A stretch of DNA of 64,000 nucleotides from Octopus vulgaris (GCA_951406725.2 OX597822.1:8804001-8868000), one strand, 5' to 3'; shown: positions 26,220 through 41,743, counted from the first letter of the stretch. Numbers and translations: made by a program. Notes: generated from the sequence alone by a model not told the origin.

Positions 26220-26860
26220 AACGAACTTACTTTTCCAGCTCAAATTCAGTCAAGCGGAAAATACACTCCTTAACTACGCGCTAAAAACTATTCAAAATAT
26301 CCACATGACGTCTACTGACCAGCCTGAACAATAAGAATTTTCAACAACGCTATTTTCGAAAACTCCATACACCACCCACATCAACATTCATTCTAAACAT
26401 TCACGAGACCTTTCAAATAACGGTCATATGCGTTTTTTTCCTGTAAGACTGTGAGAATCTCATACTCTACTCTCCCCAGTATGGGTACCATCATAGCAAG
26501 GTTAAATAGAACGAATATTAAATTAGCAAGAGGTAGTAATAATAATATTTTTAATGTGAACACTAACTTAAGTCCTTACAATGTGAATATTAATATTAAT
26601 GATAACGTAGAAAATAGAAACAGCGGTATTAATGCATCTATTATATACAATATAGCCTGTAGCTCTGAGGTCTGTTGTTGCACAGGAACTGCTGACACGC
26701 CTAATGATGCTGAGAAGAATGTGAATGATTCTACAACTTAATGATGGAGATATAATACCGGATATGAAAATAACACATACTATAGTAGTAATAGGATTAA
26801 TATTAATGCTAATATTAATAATATTAATGGTATATATATCAATGATATTAATAGTAAAAA
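26220..26860 (+). pseudogene. Penelope-like RT thumb / Asn-rich linker remnant
   Basis: IHMTSTDQP (cf. YIH..SNHPP) and KTVRISYSTLPSMGTIIARLN (cf. NTVKVSYSCMPN...I..HN). Confidence 0.7.
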
Positions 26861-26865
26861 AAGAA

Positions 26866-27244
26866 GGAGCACTCCGTCGGTTGCGATGATGAGGGTCCCA
26901 GCTGATACGATCAACGGAACAGCTTGCTCGTTATATTAACGTGCAAGTGGCTGAGCACTCCACAGACACGTCTACCCTTAACGTAGTTCTCGAGGAGATT
27001 CAGCATGACACAGAGTGTGACAAGGCTGGCCCTTTGAAATACAGGTACAAAAGAAACAGGAAGAAAGAGCGAGAGAAAGTTGTGGTGAAAGAGTACAGCA
27101 GGGTTCACCACCACCCCTGCCGGAGCCTCGTGGAGATTTAGGTGTTTTCGCTCAATAAACACTCACAATGCCTGGTCTGGGAATTGAAACCGCGCTCCTC
27201 CGACCGCAAGTCCGCTGCTCTACCCACTGGGCCATTGCGCCTCC
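26866..27244 (-). mobile_element. tRNA-derived SINE, type B
   Basis: Minus head ggaggcgcaatggcccagtgggtagagcag...ggtttcaattcc; 3' half shared with type C. Confidence 0.9.
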
Positions 27245-27922
27245 ACTGATATTAAGTGTAGCAATTCTCTGTATAAGTATATGTATATATATATACACAC
27301 AGATACGCATATATATATATATATATATATAACATAAATACATATACATATGTATATCCATATATTCAATCACACGTCTTTAATCACACACACTTGTATG
27401 AATGTGTATAAATGTATGTCTGACACTCCGTATACATTTTTTTAGGTCAAAACATAATTGTGTGTCTGTCAAATAACTTGTGCGTATGTCAAAAGTCATT
27501 TGTATGCAGATTAAACAAAATTTATGTATGGAAGTGTAAAGGAACATACATAATTTAGAGATTAAATCGTATGGCTTGAAATTAAACAAAAACAGAAATC
27601 TCGAGAAAAGTAGTGAAACCAAAGTATATTACACAATTTATTTGTTTAACGCAAATATCGTTACTCACCATTAAGCTTTCGATAATGGCATGGAGATATT
27701 TTTCAAGCAGACCATCTAAGTGGCTTTAAAAGATGAAAAACGAAAAACAATAAAGGACACTAGATATATTAAAAGGAAATTGTTGAAGGTTTTAATCAGG
27801 GTTTTCGTTTTTTTGTTTTAAATTTTGTTTCAGGAAAATGATAATTACAGTTTTTTGTAGTATTATTTGGTTTATTTATCTGAAGTTATTAAGTTACTTG
27901 TTGGTATTATTAAATATTTCTT

Positions 27923-28055
27923 ACTTAGCGGTTCGGCAAAAGAGACCGATAGAATAAGTACTGGGCTTACAAAGAATAAGTCCCAGGGTCGATTTGCTCG
28001 ACTAAAGGTGGTGCTCCAGCATGGCCGCAGTCAAATGACTGAAACAAGTAAAAGG
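27923..28055 (+). mobile_element. SINE type A, 3' fragment
   Basis: acttagcggttcggcaaaagagaccg...actgaaacaagtaaa. Confidence 0.9.
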
Positions 28056-28863
28056 GAAAAGGGAAAGGGTATATGTCTGTATATATACATGAATACATAT
28101 ATATATATGTATGTTTATTTCTATGTATGTGTGTGTAATGTGATAGTGTAAAGGAAAATGCAATCCCCACTTTTGCGAAAAAAGGATGTCAAGACACATA
28201 CATTGGTAGAAATAAGAACTAAAATGCTATTACTGTTGAAGTAAAAGCAGAACAATGTATAATGTTGGCAGGGACTGCAATCGCCCCAAACACGACTCGA
28301 GAATTCCTTAAACTGAACGTCCACTTTCGGCTATTTGCAAAGATTTCATCAGTAACTACCGCTCGATCGGCAAATGCTACATTCGATAGTGTATGGCCTA
28401 TTGGTACTTTTATGCCCTAGATACATCTAGGCAACAGGTTTCTACTTGTCTACTGATTGGAAAAGAGACTGGTGCTTTCCATATCGTTTTCTCAGCTCAC
28501 TTTCTTAAAGATGTATTTTTCCTTCTGAAATATTTTTTGCGTTGTAAAACTGAGATGAACTGAGTTTCGGAAACCACTGAGTTACCCACGTACGCCTGGT
28601 CATGTGGGCAAGTATCTTGTGGCGTGAACTTACTTTTCGGCGTAGGCGACTAGTGTAACTTACATGCAGTAATGTTTTTCATATTAAGACAGTAACTCTA
28701 AGAAATTTTCACCGCACATCTATTAAAAGTTTTATGATAAATACATATGTGTGTGTAGATAAATGTTTACATATATATATATGAATATGTATATATATAT
28801 ATATATATATATGTTTATATATATATATATATGTATATATATATGTATATATGTATACATATA

Positions 28864-28907
<44 letters not shown>

Positions 28908-28977
28908 TATATGTATATATATATAAACATATATATGTATGTATATATACAGATATACATATATATATGTATATATA

Positions 28978-29079
<102 letters not shown>

Positions 29080-29879
29080 GATTGCATATACAATTCTGTG
29101 TATATGATGTCTATCTGTATATATTATTGTCTCTTTTAATTCAAACATTAAGTAGACCTATCCAACATTAATGGTTTCACTATCGGGAATCGAGACTGAT
29201 TCTTTTCTTTTTCTTCCTTTTATGAGTTTCAGAGATATCGTAATATTTCAAATTAAAGATCTCTACAAACATGAAATTTTCTGAATAAACTCTTTGATTT
29301 GAAACATAATTACTTTGTAAAACTCATGAAAGGAATTTCGCTTCTTTCTCTTCCATACAAGATCAGCTGAACATTTGTGTAGATATTCCAATATTTTCTC
29401 ATCAATTTTTTTCCTGTTTTTCTGTGAGTTGTACGTTTAGTGACGCGTAAATAGAAAACCGTATTTTCAGTGAAAGCTAAGAAGCGCTGATCCACCTATT
29501 TGTAATACCTCTAAAAGAGGCTTCAAAATCATCGCTGAAAACTTTGCAGTAGAATCATTGCACAACAACAAAGCGAGTATTCCAGTTTGAAAAATATCTT
29601 CTGAATTTGCTCAAAAAATTTGAGTTCATATGTTAGAAAAACCTGAAAACAGCGCACCCTATAAGCACACACACACGCACACACACATACATACACACAC
29701 GCACGCTAAAACACACACACATTCACACGCAAAACTTAAACTAAATCTTCGGGGTCGTAAACTAGTGGGTTTGTGAATTGGTATTAAAATAAAGCAATTC
29801 TAACATGAGGAAACTATTTATACATGGCTTTTACACATATCTTGAATGTAAACCGAGACACGCACAGAAAGATAATTGG

Positions 29880-30065
29880 AGACAGAGAGTTAGACACGCA
29901 CAGAGAGATAAATATGTACACAGAGATAGCCACTTTCACAGATAGACACACACACACAGAGATAGACTGAACAGGAATAGACACGCACACAGAGATAAAC
30001 ACGCACACAGAGATAGACACGCACACAGATAGACACACACACACAGATAAACAAACAAACAGATA
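29880..30065. repeat. About 20-bp degenerate minisatellite (agatagacacgcacacag)
   Basis: Seen directly. Confidence 0.7.
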
Positions 30066-31189
30066 GGCACGCACGAAGTTTTGTATGTGTTCCCTCTGTA
30101 AAATTCATATCAAAGTCACTGATTATCTTCAAGGGTAAAGAAATGCGCTAGACATAGCCCACTGGCACTAATAGCAAGTGAATGCGATTTACCTACAATG
30201 CATAGACCTGAGTGTACCTTTATAAACCTCACCACACACACACACACACACAGACACACACACACACACACACACACATACACACATACATTATTAGCGA
30301 CGGAAATATTATTTGATTATTTTTTTCAAATTTGGACATATATGTATAGAGGGTATATACTTGAAAGCCTTTTAAACCACGGTACGCATTTTAAGCAAAT
30401 AGCTCTTATAGAATTATAGTGTTAAACACACACACGCACACATACACACAAACGCACACCCAATCACATGCACACACACAAACCCACACACACACGCACA
30501 CACACATACACACACTCAAATGATAAGCAGATGGTGACGGTCGGCTAGCAGCGGATCTAGAATCGCTAGATCTAGATTTCTGCTCGTTCTCTTCCTCAAA
30601 ATCAAACATGGTTGTCGCCACGTGTCATGGAAACCTCGGCTGCTAGAAGACATAGACCACATGCTAAACAAAAATTTATTGCTTGTGAGGGGAGCAATGT
30701 TTGTTCAAAGTCAGCGATCTGTATACATATAAATGTTTCTATGTTTGTGTGCGCTTATATGTGAGTGAAAGTGGGTTCTTTCCCATTTCCTGCTTTTCTC
30801 TTTCGCCTTCATCCCTTCTCTTTATTTGACTCGCATTTGTGATTTTGCATTTTTCATTCTCTTTCTGATGCAGCCTTTCCTCGACATCTCCCTTTCTCGG
30901 CAATGGTCAAGGAGTTGCAGGCTTTGTACAGCCTAAAGAAATGAAATCCTTTTTAAATCTAAAAATTCTACCGACATACTTATTTGTAGATCCAAAATAT
31001 TTACTAAATGTCAGCATCAGCATAAGTTTTGTTATGGAAATGGAGACCCTTTCCCCTCAGAATTATGCATTGAACCTCACAACATTTAGCCTTTCCCGTT
31101 GATTTAACTACACCAACAATTTTTAATACCAATTCTGAAATACCAAAGGGAAACGAGTTTTATGTTTCAGCCTTCCACACTTTCTCAAT

Positions 31190-31595
31190 TTACTCTTTAA
31201 TCTTTTACTTGTTTCAGTCATTTGACTGCGGCCATGCTGGAGCACCGCCTTTAGTCGAGCAAATCGACCCCGGGACATATTCTTTGTAAGCTCAGTACTT
31301 ATTCTATCGGTCTCTTTTGCCGAACCGCTAAGTGACGGGGACGTAAACACACCAGCATCGGTTGTCAAGCAATGCTAGGGGGACAAACACAGACACACAA
31401 ACACACACACATATATATATACACATATATACGACAGGCTTCTTTCAGTTTCCGTCTACCAAATCCACTCACAAGGCTTTGGTCGGCCCGGGGCTATAGC
31501 AGAAGGCACTTGCCCAAGATGCCACGCAGTGGGACTGAACCCGGAACCATGTGGTTGGTTAGCAAGCTACTGACCACACAGCCACTCCTGCGCCT
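31190..31595 (-). mobile_element. Full-length SINE type A
   Basis: Near-identical to 14098-14517. Confidence 0.92.
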
Positions 31596-31929
31596 ATTTG
31601 TTTATATTTATTTAGTTTCTCTTTCTGTTTATTGTATTATGAGGGCATGAAAGACTCTAGGACAATTCGAATCACCTGCTTAACAGATTGATGATGGCAA
31701 GTATTTCGAAATAGTTATCTTTTCAGAGAATGGAAAACGAAGCAACCGAGAACAAAGAGTCTAAGTGTACTTAAGAATATAACTAAAATATATAAGAATA
31801 TAACTAAAATAATCGATTCGTAGCGATAACCGGCTGCCTGGCTATAGTTAAATACGAATTAGAAGAGCCAAGCAATAAGTTATATATTTGATACTACCAC
31901 CGAGATCTGCACCCGCGGTCGGCTATTTA

Positions 31930-33684
31930 TCTCTCTATATATAAAACAGAGAATGTCTGTCTGTCTGTCTGTTTCCCTAAAACTTGAGAACTACACAACC
32001 AATTTCATTCAAATTTTACACAGGCCTTACTTAGGGTCCGGGGAGTGTCATCGGCAAAAAATGTTTTAACTTTTTGCCTAGGAGGAGCCCACAGCAATAT
32101 CATATCTTCTCCACAACGATTCCCTAAAACTTGAGAACTACACAACCAATTCCATTCAAATTTTACACATGCTTTACTTAGGGTCCATGTAGTTTCAGGA
32201 GCAAAATAGATGTTCAACTTCTTGCCTAGGGCGAGCCCATAGCAATATCATATCTTCTCCACTATTTCAGTATTACATGTTAAAAATGAAACAAAAACAT
32301 TACTCTATTTCATGTCAGATACTTTCACTTTAACAATAAAAATTAGAGATAATAATAACAATTGAATTATATGTAGTAAGTAATAATTAAAATCAAACTA
32401 AAGTATAATATAATCGTAACAAACATAACAAAAGTTAAAATAGCAATTGGTATAAAATTGCATCAATGACTTGAACTTGAATAAGTGGTTTCACATGAAT
32501 GGGAATAAATTAAAAATAAAATTAGTGTGCAGAAATGGAATAGTCCAGATGGAGCTGTGCACATACCGTTTACCACGGCTTTTACATTAGATTATCTGCT
32601 AATTAGCTAGCATTAAGTATCTATATGAAGTTTGGCTGTATCTAATGTCTGTTTTCTCAAACAGCCGCTTCTACTGAGAACTGCTGTTGATTTATTTCTT
32701 ATACACAAAGGACTATAGCTTCAACTGCGTACTGCTTTTTGATTCACCGTAAGGTTTGCTGTTATTATTATTACTGTTTAACTATTGTTATCACGTTTTT
32801 TGGTTCCTCGTAAGGGAAACGTTGTTGTGTTGCATTTGTTAAATAATTGTAAATTGTAACTCTCCCCCTTTGGGAGAAGAAGCTTTGGTTATTGTTTAAA
32901 AATTGACTTGTGTCCCCCGTTTGGGGAAATTGACAATATTTTTACCGTTTATACGGAAGCATTTTTGGTAGAATGCCTTCGACAGAAGAAAGTTCAAAAA
33001 TGAATTTCGCTGCAGCCGTCGGCGGGCGCGAACTCATTAAAATTTAAATGGAAGAAATACAAACCTGTTTCGAATTGATCACCGACAAAATTCGGTGAAT
33101 CTAGGATAACACCACCAAACGAAATAAAAAATTAAATTAAAGAAAAGTCTATTGTCTATAAAGTATACAATGTAGAGAAAAAAAGATTTGAACACCTGGA
33201 GGAAAGCACCATCGAAAAGTGTCTTGGTGCGACTATGAAAGATATCTCACCAGAGGTGGTAAATTCGCCAGAATAGAAGCAAGGTTCGAGTCAACGGAGC
33301 GTGCAAGGGAGTACTCGACTCGAACCTTGCAAAGTGGAAATATTTTATTTTTACCTTTATATCTGGAGCGTAGGACGTCCGAGATATAAATTAAAGATAT
33401 CCCCCTAGAAGTAGAGGTAGGCTGGATTGTAGCCACACTTCTATACAAGAGGGATGACAAGATGCAATTGATCGAAATTGCAAGAGACGGGCCTACAATT
33501 CCAGTCTGTAATATATTTTGAGTAATGTTATCACTAGCGATATCAAGATATAACTTTGTATTTTGTATTTTATGTGTAGATGTATATATATATATATATG
33601 TACATGTAATATGTACACACATATATATATACATATATACATGCACTAGCACTATGACCCGGCAACGACGGGTCATAATACTAG
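31930..33684 (+). mobile_element. Non-autonomous Helitron
   Basis: A|TC...tatatataaaa 5' end; hairpin tatgacccg gcaacga cgggtcata (33653-33677); CTAG|T 3' end. Confidence 0.8.
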
Positions 33685-33909
33685 TCAGCTATAAAACCAG
33701 TGACACGAAAAGTAACCAATTGCACTTTTTGGTTTCTAAATACATGTTTACCTTTTCCTAGATGAAAGATGTATCAAAAAATAGGGGCTCACTCCCATAG
33801 TAGTTCTGGGAACAATAGTGTCTAAGAAGTATTTGTACATTACTCAAAACCCACAAATTACGTACCAACGGCCCCGCTGCGAGAATTCCAGTTGGAAATC
33901 ATAAAGTCG

Positions 33910-34170
33910 TGAAATTAAGATGTAAGTGGTTGAGCACTCAACAGACACCTGTGCCCTTAACGTAGTTTACAGGGAGATTCAACGTGACATAGAATGTGCC
34001 ACCGCTGACTCTTCGAAATACAAATACTACACATTTTTCCCAGCTGAGTAAACTAGAACAAAGTAAATTAGAGTGTCTTGCTAAAGGACACTACGCGCCA
34101 CCGGGAATTGAACTCACGACCTTACGATCATGAGTCGAATACCCCTAAACTCTTTGCCACGCGCCTTCAT
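33910..34170 (-). mobile_element. Diverged SINE type C
   Basis: Collinear with 25115-25376. Confidence 0.8.
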
Positions 34171-34204
34171 CGTAGCGACACACCTTCACCAATACAGGGC
34201 GTAA

Positions 34205-34440
34205 AATCATTATTTAATATCGATTTCAAGGTATTAGCGCAAGGCCAGCAATTTCGGGGGAGAATATGATTCGATTACATCACCCTCAGTGCTCAGCTGG
34301 TATTTATTTTAATCGGTAGCGAAAGAGATGATAGAAAAGTCAACCTCGGTAGAATTTGAACTCGGAACGTAAACACGCACAAAATACCGCTAAACATTTT
34401 GCTTAGCGTGCTAACGATTTCACAATCTGGCCGCCTTGTG
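34205..34440 (-). mobile_element. Diverged SINE type E
   Basis: aaagtcaacctcggtagaatttgaactc...gcgtgctaacga. Confidence 0.75.
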
Positions 34441-34936
34441 AAACGTCTATTATATCACAAACGTCTGATAAGCAATCTACAGTATATGAGGGAAATGGTT
34501 GCCTTGTAATATGAAAAATTTTGATGGATGTCATTGGTATTTAATATTTTCGGCAGAGTCGCAATATCTGCAATAATTCTATACCTAACGGAAAAAAAAA
34601 AGTGAAGTATTATTTCATAAGGATGTTGCTGACTTGCTAAGATATATGATTTATACATATATACATATAAATTTATTCATGTGACTTATAGGAATACATA
34701 TAGATTAATTCATATGTTCTCACTTGATTATATTCCATATGAATTTTTTGGATATATTGACGTATCTATGTGTATGTGAGTTTGTGATTGCTTGTCAGTA
34801 TGTGTGGTGTATGTAGTAGAACATTTCGTCTGCTATGTATTGCGCCAAGTTGTCGCCGACGAGATAATATACATGCATATACATAGACAAACACTGAAAT
34901 ATACACACACGCATATACATATATACCGAGAGAAAT

Positions 34937-35016
<80 letters not shown>

Positions 35017-35558
35017 GACAAAGAAACATGAAAAGAAATGGGATAAAGTTATGAAGTGAAGGGAAACATAGATAGAAAGAGAGAGAGAGAGAGAGGGAGA
35101 GTAAATTTTTTATGTATGAGAATTATTTGTATGTTCTGAATTTTTACGAAAGTTATATGTGTGTGTGTGTGCGTGTGTGTGTGAGTGAGTGTCTGTGAGG
35201 GAGTGAGTGAGGGAGTGAGTGACCGTGTTCGTGCACGTGCACACATACACACATATGTGTGTATGCATGCATATTTATACCTGTAATGTATGATTATATT
35301 TAAATATGCATATATTTATGCATAAATATAAGTGTGTGTATGTACGTGTGTGAGTGTGTGTGAGTGTGTGTGAGTGAGTGAATGAGTGACTGAGTGATTG
35401 AACGCATGCGTGCACGTACACAATTATACGTAGAAAGATGCGTGTGTGCGTGCATGCATATTTATGTCTGAATGTATGATTGTATCTATGTATGCATATA
35501 TTTGTGCATATATAAATGGGTGTATGTGGGTGTGTGTTCGTGTGCGCGTATGATTGTG

Positions 35559-35610
<52 letters not shown>

Positions 35611-36441
35611 GAGAGGAAGAGAACAGCAGAAAATCCAGAAAAAAAACTGTTATGAGAGGGACATAAATATGTAGGAGATTACGCAACAACATGCTAGGAG
35701 CATACAAAAGATCTCGCGCTTGTATACATGCACACATACACACCGAACTCCTTCATACATACTGCGATGAAGGTATTGAATATTTTCATAATCCACACCT
35801 CACGCCAAGTTTGAAAAAAAAAAGAAACAGAAATTAGTTTTAGTACTATAAAAACGAGGCAGAAAAATAATCGTAAATATATTTTATCATACCTAGAATG
35901 TTACCACCAAAGTTTCTTATGATAACTTTGCTTGAAACTGAAGCAAAGAATCTTGTACAACATGACTTTCAGCATATACATTTACATATGATAGATTCCG
36001 ATCAAAGCAAATAAAAATAAATATAAAATATATATAAATAAAAAAATAATATATATAAATGAATAAATGAAATTCAAAAGAATCCCGCTGAGAATATATC
36101 ATTTTGAATAAAACATATTTTTTCAGAGTGTTGCACCAGCGTGGCCGCAATCCGATGACTGAAATCAGTAAAAGAATAATAGGATACAAAACCATGAACT
36201 CATCACATTTAAAAAAAAATCGCTGAAATATGTCTCAGAGCTCTGCAGTTCTCTATGCAACAAGCAGTTGTAACAAGCTTTGTGTTGTTGCGGGCGTTTT
36301 TTTTTTTTTTTTTTTGGAGTGGTGAGCATGTATACGTCATAAACTATTTCTAGGAATATATTGAGAAACTTACTAAATACGCATACGCATACAGAGAGAG
36401 TTGGGGGTAGAAAGATAGATATGTAGATATATATGTATGTA

Positions 36442-36491
<50 letters not shown>

Positions 36492-36559
36492 TTTGCTACG
36501 TGGTGTACACTGAATCTCCAGTACTTTTTCTCCTTTTATATTTTTATATTTATATATAT

Positions 36560-36613
<54 letters not shown>

Positions 36614-37064
36614 ATACATATATATAAACGTCCTATGTTTCTTTTGTTAAGAAGCTTCAAGATAACAAGATAAAAGTTTGTTTAACATTCGAATGGATGT
36701 ACGTGTATCCGTTTAATTTAGTTCTATTTTGTTTTTATTTCTTCTTTTCCTTTAGTATTTTTTTTTCATTTCCATTGAATTGAATATAATTTTGACAAAA
36801 GTTTGTAGCATTATTTCATTTTTTTCCTAGTTTCTTTTTACTTACGCTTTTGGTTTTCATGGTTATAAGCCTCTTCAGAATTGTATTATAGTTAGTATTG
36901 AGTTTCTCAATATTGAGCATAATCTACCGAAATATATCATATCTCACATTTTTGCCAAATTGTCTCGTACATACATTCATGTGTACAAACACGAAGACAT
37001 ACACAAACACACACATACACACATACACAGACATATATACATATATATATACATGTATAGCCAC

Positions 37065-37225
37065 TACACATTCTTTATTTTCTCTTCTTGTTTCTTTCTC
37101 TGTTCCTTTCTGTGGAAGAGCGTAGACTCGAAACGTTAAAAACTGTATCACTTCCAGGGCGTTATAGTAATACATCTGCTTGTAATCTACACCATATGTC
37201 TTCGTCTTTTTTTGTGAATTCTCCC
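37065..37225 (+). mobile_element. Penelope pLTR-like fragment with minimal hammerhead remnant
   Basis: GGAAGA-G cgtagact C-GAAA-CGT-TA (palindromic AACGTT stem III); ends in (TA)n. Confidence 0.5.
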
Positions 37226-37262
37226 TATATATATATATACATATGCATAATACATATTTATA

Positions 37263-38145
<883 letters not shown>

Positions 38146-38894
38146 ATATATATATATTAGTAATATCTATGTCGCTAATCAGTTTTCAGACACTTTCACT
38201 TTCAAGTAATTATGAGACCGATGTATATTAATATGTGCTATGTGTGACCCTCGCTACACAAACACAATAATTAAATATCGCTTATTGAACAAGAGGCAAC
38301 TTAATACGTGACCTGTCTTGAATAACGAAAATTACTTAACATGTTGTTTCACTAACAATGTTCATCCTTCTCACAAATGTCCGCCCCATTGCTACAAGTC
38401 ACTAAATAATAACGGAGAGGGCTCAAATAATAAATAGAAATAGAAACATTAAAATCATTTGTATTTCATCTGTTCCCAATGCATTCTCTAACAGCTCAGC
38501 GAAATCAAATCAAATTTTACATGTTAATACTATGTGACCCCAGAGTCAACATATAATTGTTTTTATGAAAACAATGCAACATTGGCACTGGTTCTGTATT
38601 AAGTCTTAAAACTCGAAAAATAAAAGTGAAACCTTCGATAGAGTGAGCTATAAATAGCTTTTCAGTTTTAATACTTTCACTATGTATACATATATATATA
38701 TGTATATGTATATATCTTTGTATATATATAGTATAAATATGTTTGCTTATATATATATATGTACGTATGCATATATGTATATCATTATATGTATATATGT
38801 ATACATATGTGTGTATGTATATATATCTATGTATGTATATATGTGTGTGCATATATATACATAAATATGTGTATGTATATTTGTATACACCGCT

Positions 38895-40503
38895 GGGACA
38901 CAGGCAAGTGAACAAACTAGCAGAATTCTTTGTCACTTTACCTGTAGCCAAACAGGCAAAAATTATGTACATAAACATTGAAGATGTAATACTGGCCAGA
39001 GATGAGGTAGACACTAACTCAGCTACTGGCCCTGATGGGTACCCAGCATTCCTTCTTAAATCAGGCAAATGAGTCCTTGAGAAAACCACTGGAGTTTCAT
39101 TTTCAGGACTTTCTTGCAAGTGATAAGCTGCCAGACTAACTGAAGACGGGTATAATATGCTGTATCCATAAGGGAGGAAGCAGACAGATACTAAAATGTA
39201 TAGGCTTATCTCTCTGACCTCACACACCAGGGAAGTCATAGAACGAATAGTCAGCAAGAAACTAATCACATTTCTTGAAGAAAATGACTTACTGACTAAC
39301 ATCCAGCGTAGATTTCGACCATATAACACAGTTCATGGAAAAACACAACTAAGTGTTTAAACAGCCGCTGAATGACTCAAGCGGGGATGTAATATATTTC
39401 GGCTTCGCAAAAGCCTTTGCTTTGACAAAGTCGACAATAGAATGAAATGTCAGACACTGCATGATCTCGGCATAGGCGGAAAACTTGTAGAGTGAGTGCA
39501 CGACTTTCTAAAAGATGGTAGTCAGGCAGTGGTGGCAAACGGAGCCACCTCTAAGGAAACACAAATAGCAAGTGGTACTCCACAAGGTACTGTCTTAGGG
39601 CCACTCCTATTCATTGTGGCCCTCTCAGACATGCCTTAGCTGCTCAGATAGCCACCTCTGCTAGCTATGCAGAAGGCACAAACGTCTCCCAGACAATACA
39701 AAATCTTGGAAATATTGCACATCTGCAACAGAAGTTGGACGCAATATACGGGCTGGATGAATACAACAACATGCAGTTTAATGCAGGAAAATTCCAGACG
39801 CTACGCTACCAGCACACAAAGCTAAATGACATGCAGACAGAATACACTATCCCAGGAGGAAATGAAATTCCTGAGTCAAAATCAGTGCGTGACCTGGCAA
39901 CTGACATGGGCAATGGCGCATCTTTTCAAGTGCTTATTACCAATTTGGTAATAAAATGCAGACGGCTAGCTGTATGGATCCTCCGAACTTTCAAAACAGG
40001 AGAAAAGGAGACATTGATGATCCTTTAGAGGACATACGTCCTCAGCGGCTTAAACTACTGCTCCCAACTATGGTCTCCACACAATGCAAAACCCACGGCG
40101 GAATCCAGCGAAGCTAGACTAAGAAAATCGTGTCAAAAAAACGTATCAGCTACTGAGAAAGATCCCAGCATTACCATCAAAATACAGGACCAGATACTGC
40201 AAAAGCATGGGCTCCAAGGGCCCACAGCTCTTTCAATATCCTTCCAAAATACCTGAGAGACCTGCATGGTGTGGATGTATCTTTAAAACAAAACCGGATC
40301 CCTTCCTGTCAAGCGTTTCAGACGAGCCCACATCATGGCTGGAAACACAGATAAGGGCAGCGGCATGAGTCTCCTTCATTGACCAAATTCGATATATCAG
40401 AGGTTTCAAATAATGGTGTCGCTCAGTCAACGGTGGTGCCCCAGAATGTCACATGACTGAGTGTCACATGGCCACAGTTCCATGACTGAAACAAGTAAAA
40501 CAA
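38895..40503 (+). pseudogene. CR1-clade LINE remnant (RT to 3' end)
   Basis: SATGPDGYP, YRLISLTSH, DVIYFGFAKAF.KVD, SGTPQGTVLGPLLF, FNAGKFQ; many stops and frameshifts. Confidence 0.9.
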
Positions 40504-41167
40504 TAAAAGCTATGCCATTTTAATCCCGAATAACGCCGGGTACCTCTGCTGGTTTTCGATAAAAAAGAAAAGTTTAAAAATTCACAGAAGAAGGAAAATA
40601 CATACATAGAATAATCAATTTATTATCATGGTCCAGTCAGTTAATAACGTCATTCACATTCCCTACGCTGCTGTCGATTGATTGCTGTCATTCGAATTTT
40701 GAAGAGTATTATGAAGTTAAAAAAGCCTTCTGAGGGTAAAATTGACTGATATTTTCACATCCAACATGATGAGGAGTTTATTCCTTTTGAATTGTGGCAT
40801 GTGCGCCTGGATTCTGTTCTAAAAATAGCTCGTAAAAGTCGATTTTTTTAACTTACTGGACAAGGGATAGGCATAGCTCAGAAGAGGTGGATCATGTTAG
40901 CATTCCACTTTTATGTTAATGCTGATTAACTGTTTACAAGCCTGCCACTATTTTTCATCCCATTCAGTATGTCCATGTCACGTTCGTCTATGTCCTTATT
41001 CCACCCATTTGATCAAACTGATTAACCATTTAGGCTCACAAGCCTGCCCCTACTTTTCGTACTATTCAACTTGCCCATAGCAAAATTTATGTTACAAGTA
41101 AATATAATCACTTATTCAATATATTGATTGATAGGTTGGGTTCATATCAAATATATTAATTGATAGG

Positions 41168-41352
41168 TTGCGTTCTTCGGCAAAAGGCTTCATCTCATAT
41201 CGCCATACGATCACTTCGACACTTAACGTGAGGTACACCGTGCGCCTGCTCAGACACTATCGATTTCATGGAAGGAGTGACCTAATGTACGGTACGCTCA
41301 TTTGATCACTATAAAGAAATCATTTGTGCAGGTCGTTCGGCAAAAGCTAAAC
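41168..41352 (+). mobile_element. Headless SINE body
   Basis: gttcttcggcaaaaggcttcatctcat resembles the post-tRNA segment of the other SINEs. Confidence 0.45.
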
Positions 41353-41484
41353 ACACATACATTGTATTCGACGGGAGAACCCATCACATGTGTGTCTGTG
41401 TGTGTGCGCTCGTCCGTGTGTATGTGTATGTGTGCGTGTGTATGTGTGTGTACGTGTGTGTGTGTGTTTACGTGTGTGTATGTA

Positions 41485-41702
41485 CGAAGGATTACTGAAA
41501 AGTTCTTAGCTTTACGAGTATCGAGAAATGCCTGGTTGGAAGCCAAAATTTTCGAATTATTCTTTCTCGTTGTTTAGAAAAAGGGAAGGACCGATAAAAT
41601 AGGTTTGTGAATCTGAGAGAGAAATATGTTGAATGAAATCATCATTAACTGATTCTCCTGTATTTTCTTTTCCCCAAAGCCAGAAACTTTTCAATAAACC
41701 CT

Positions 41703-41704
<2 letters not shown>
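41485..41704. mobile_element. Mariner-type MITE
   Basis: TA|cgaaggattactgaaaagttcttagcttt ... aaagccagaaacttttcaataaaccctca|TA: imperfect TIRs and TA target. Confidence 0.75.

Positions 41705-41743
<39 letters not shown>

Noticed and set aside
38517-39329. 270-aa minus-strand ORF
   Set aside because: Antisense of the CR1 RT plus microsatellite
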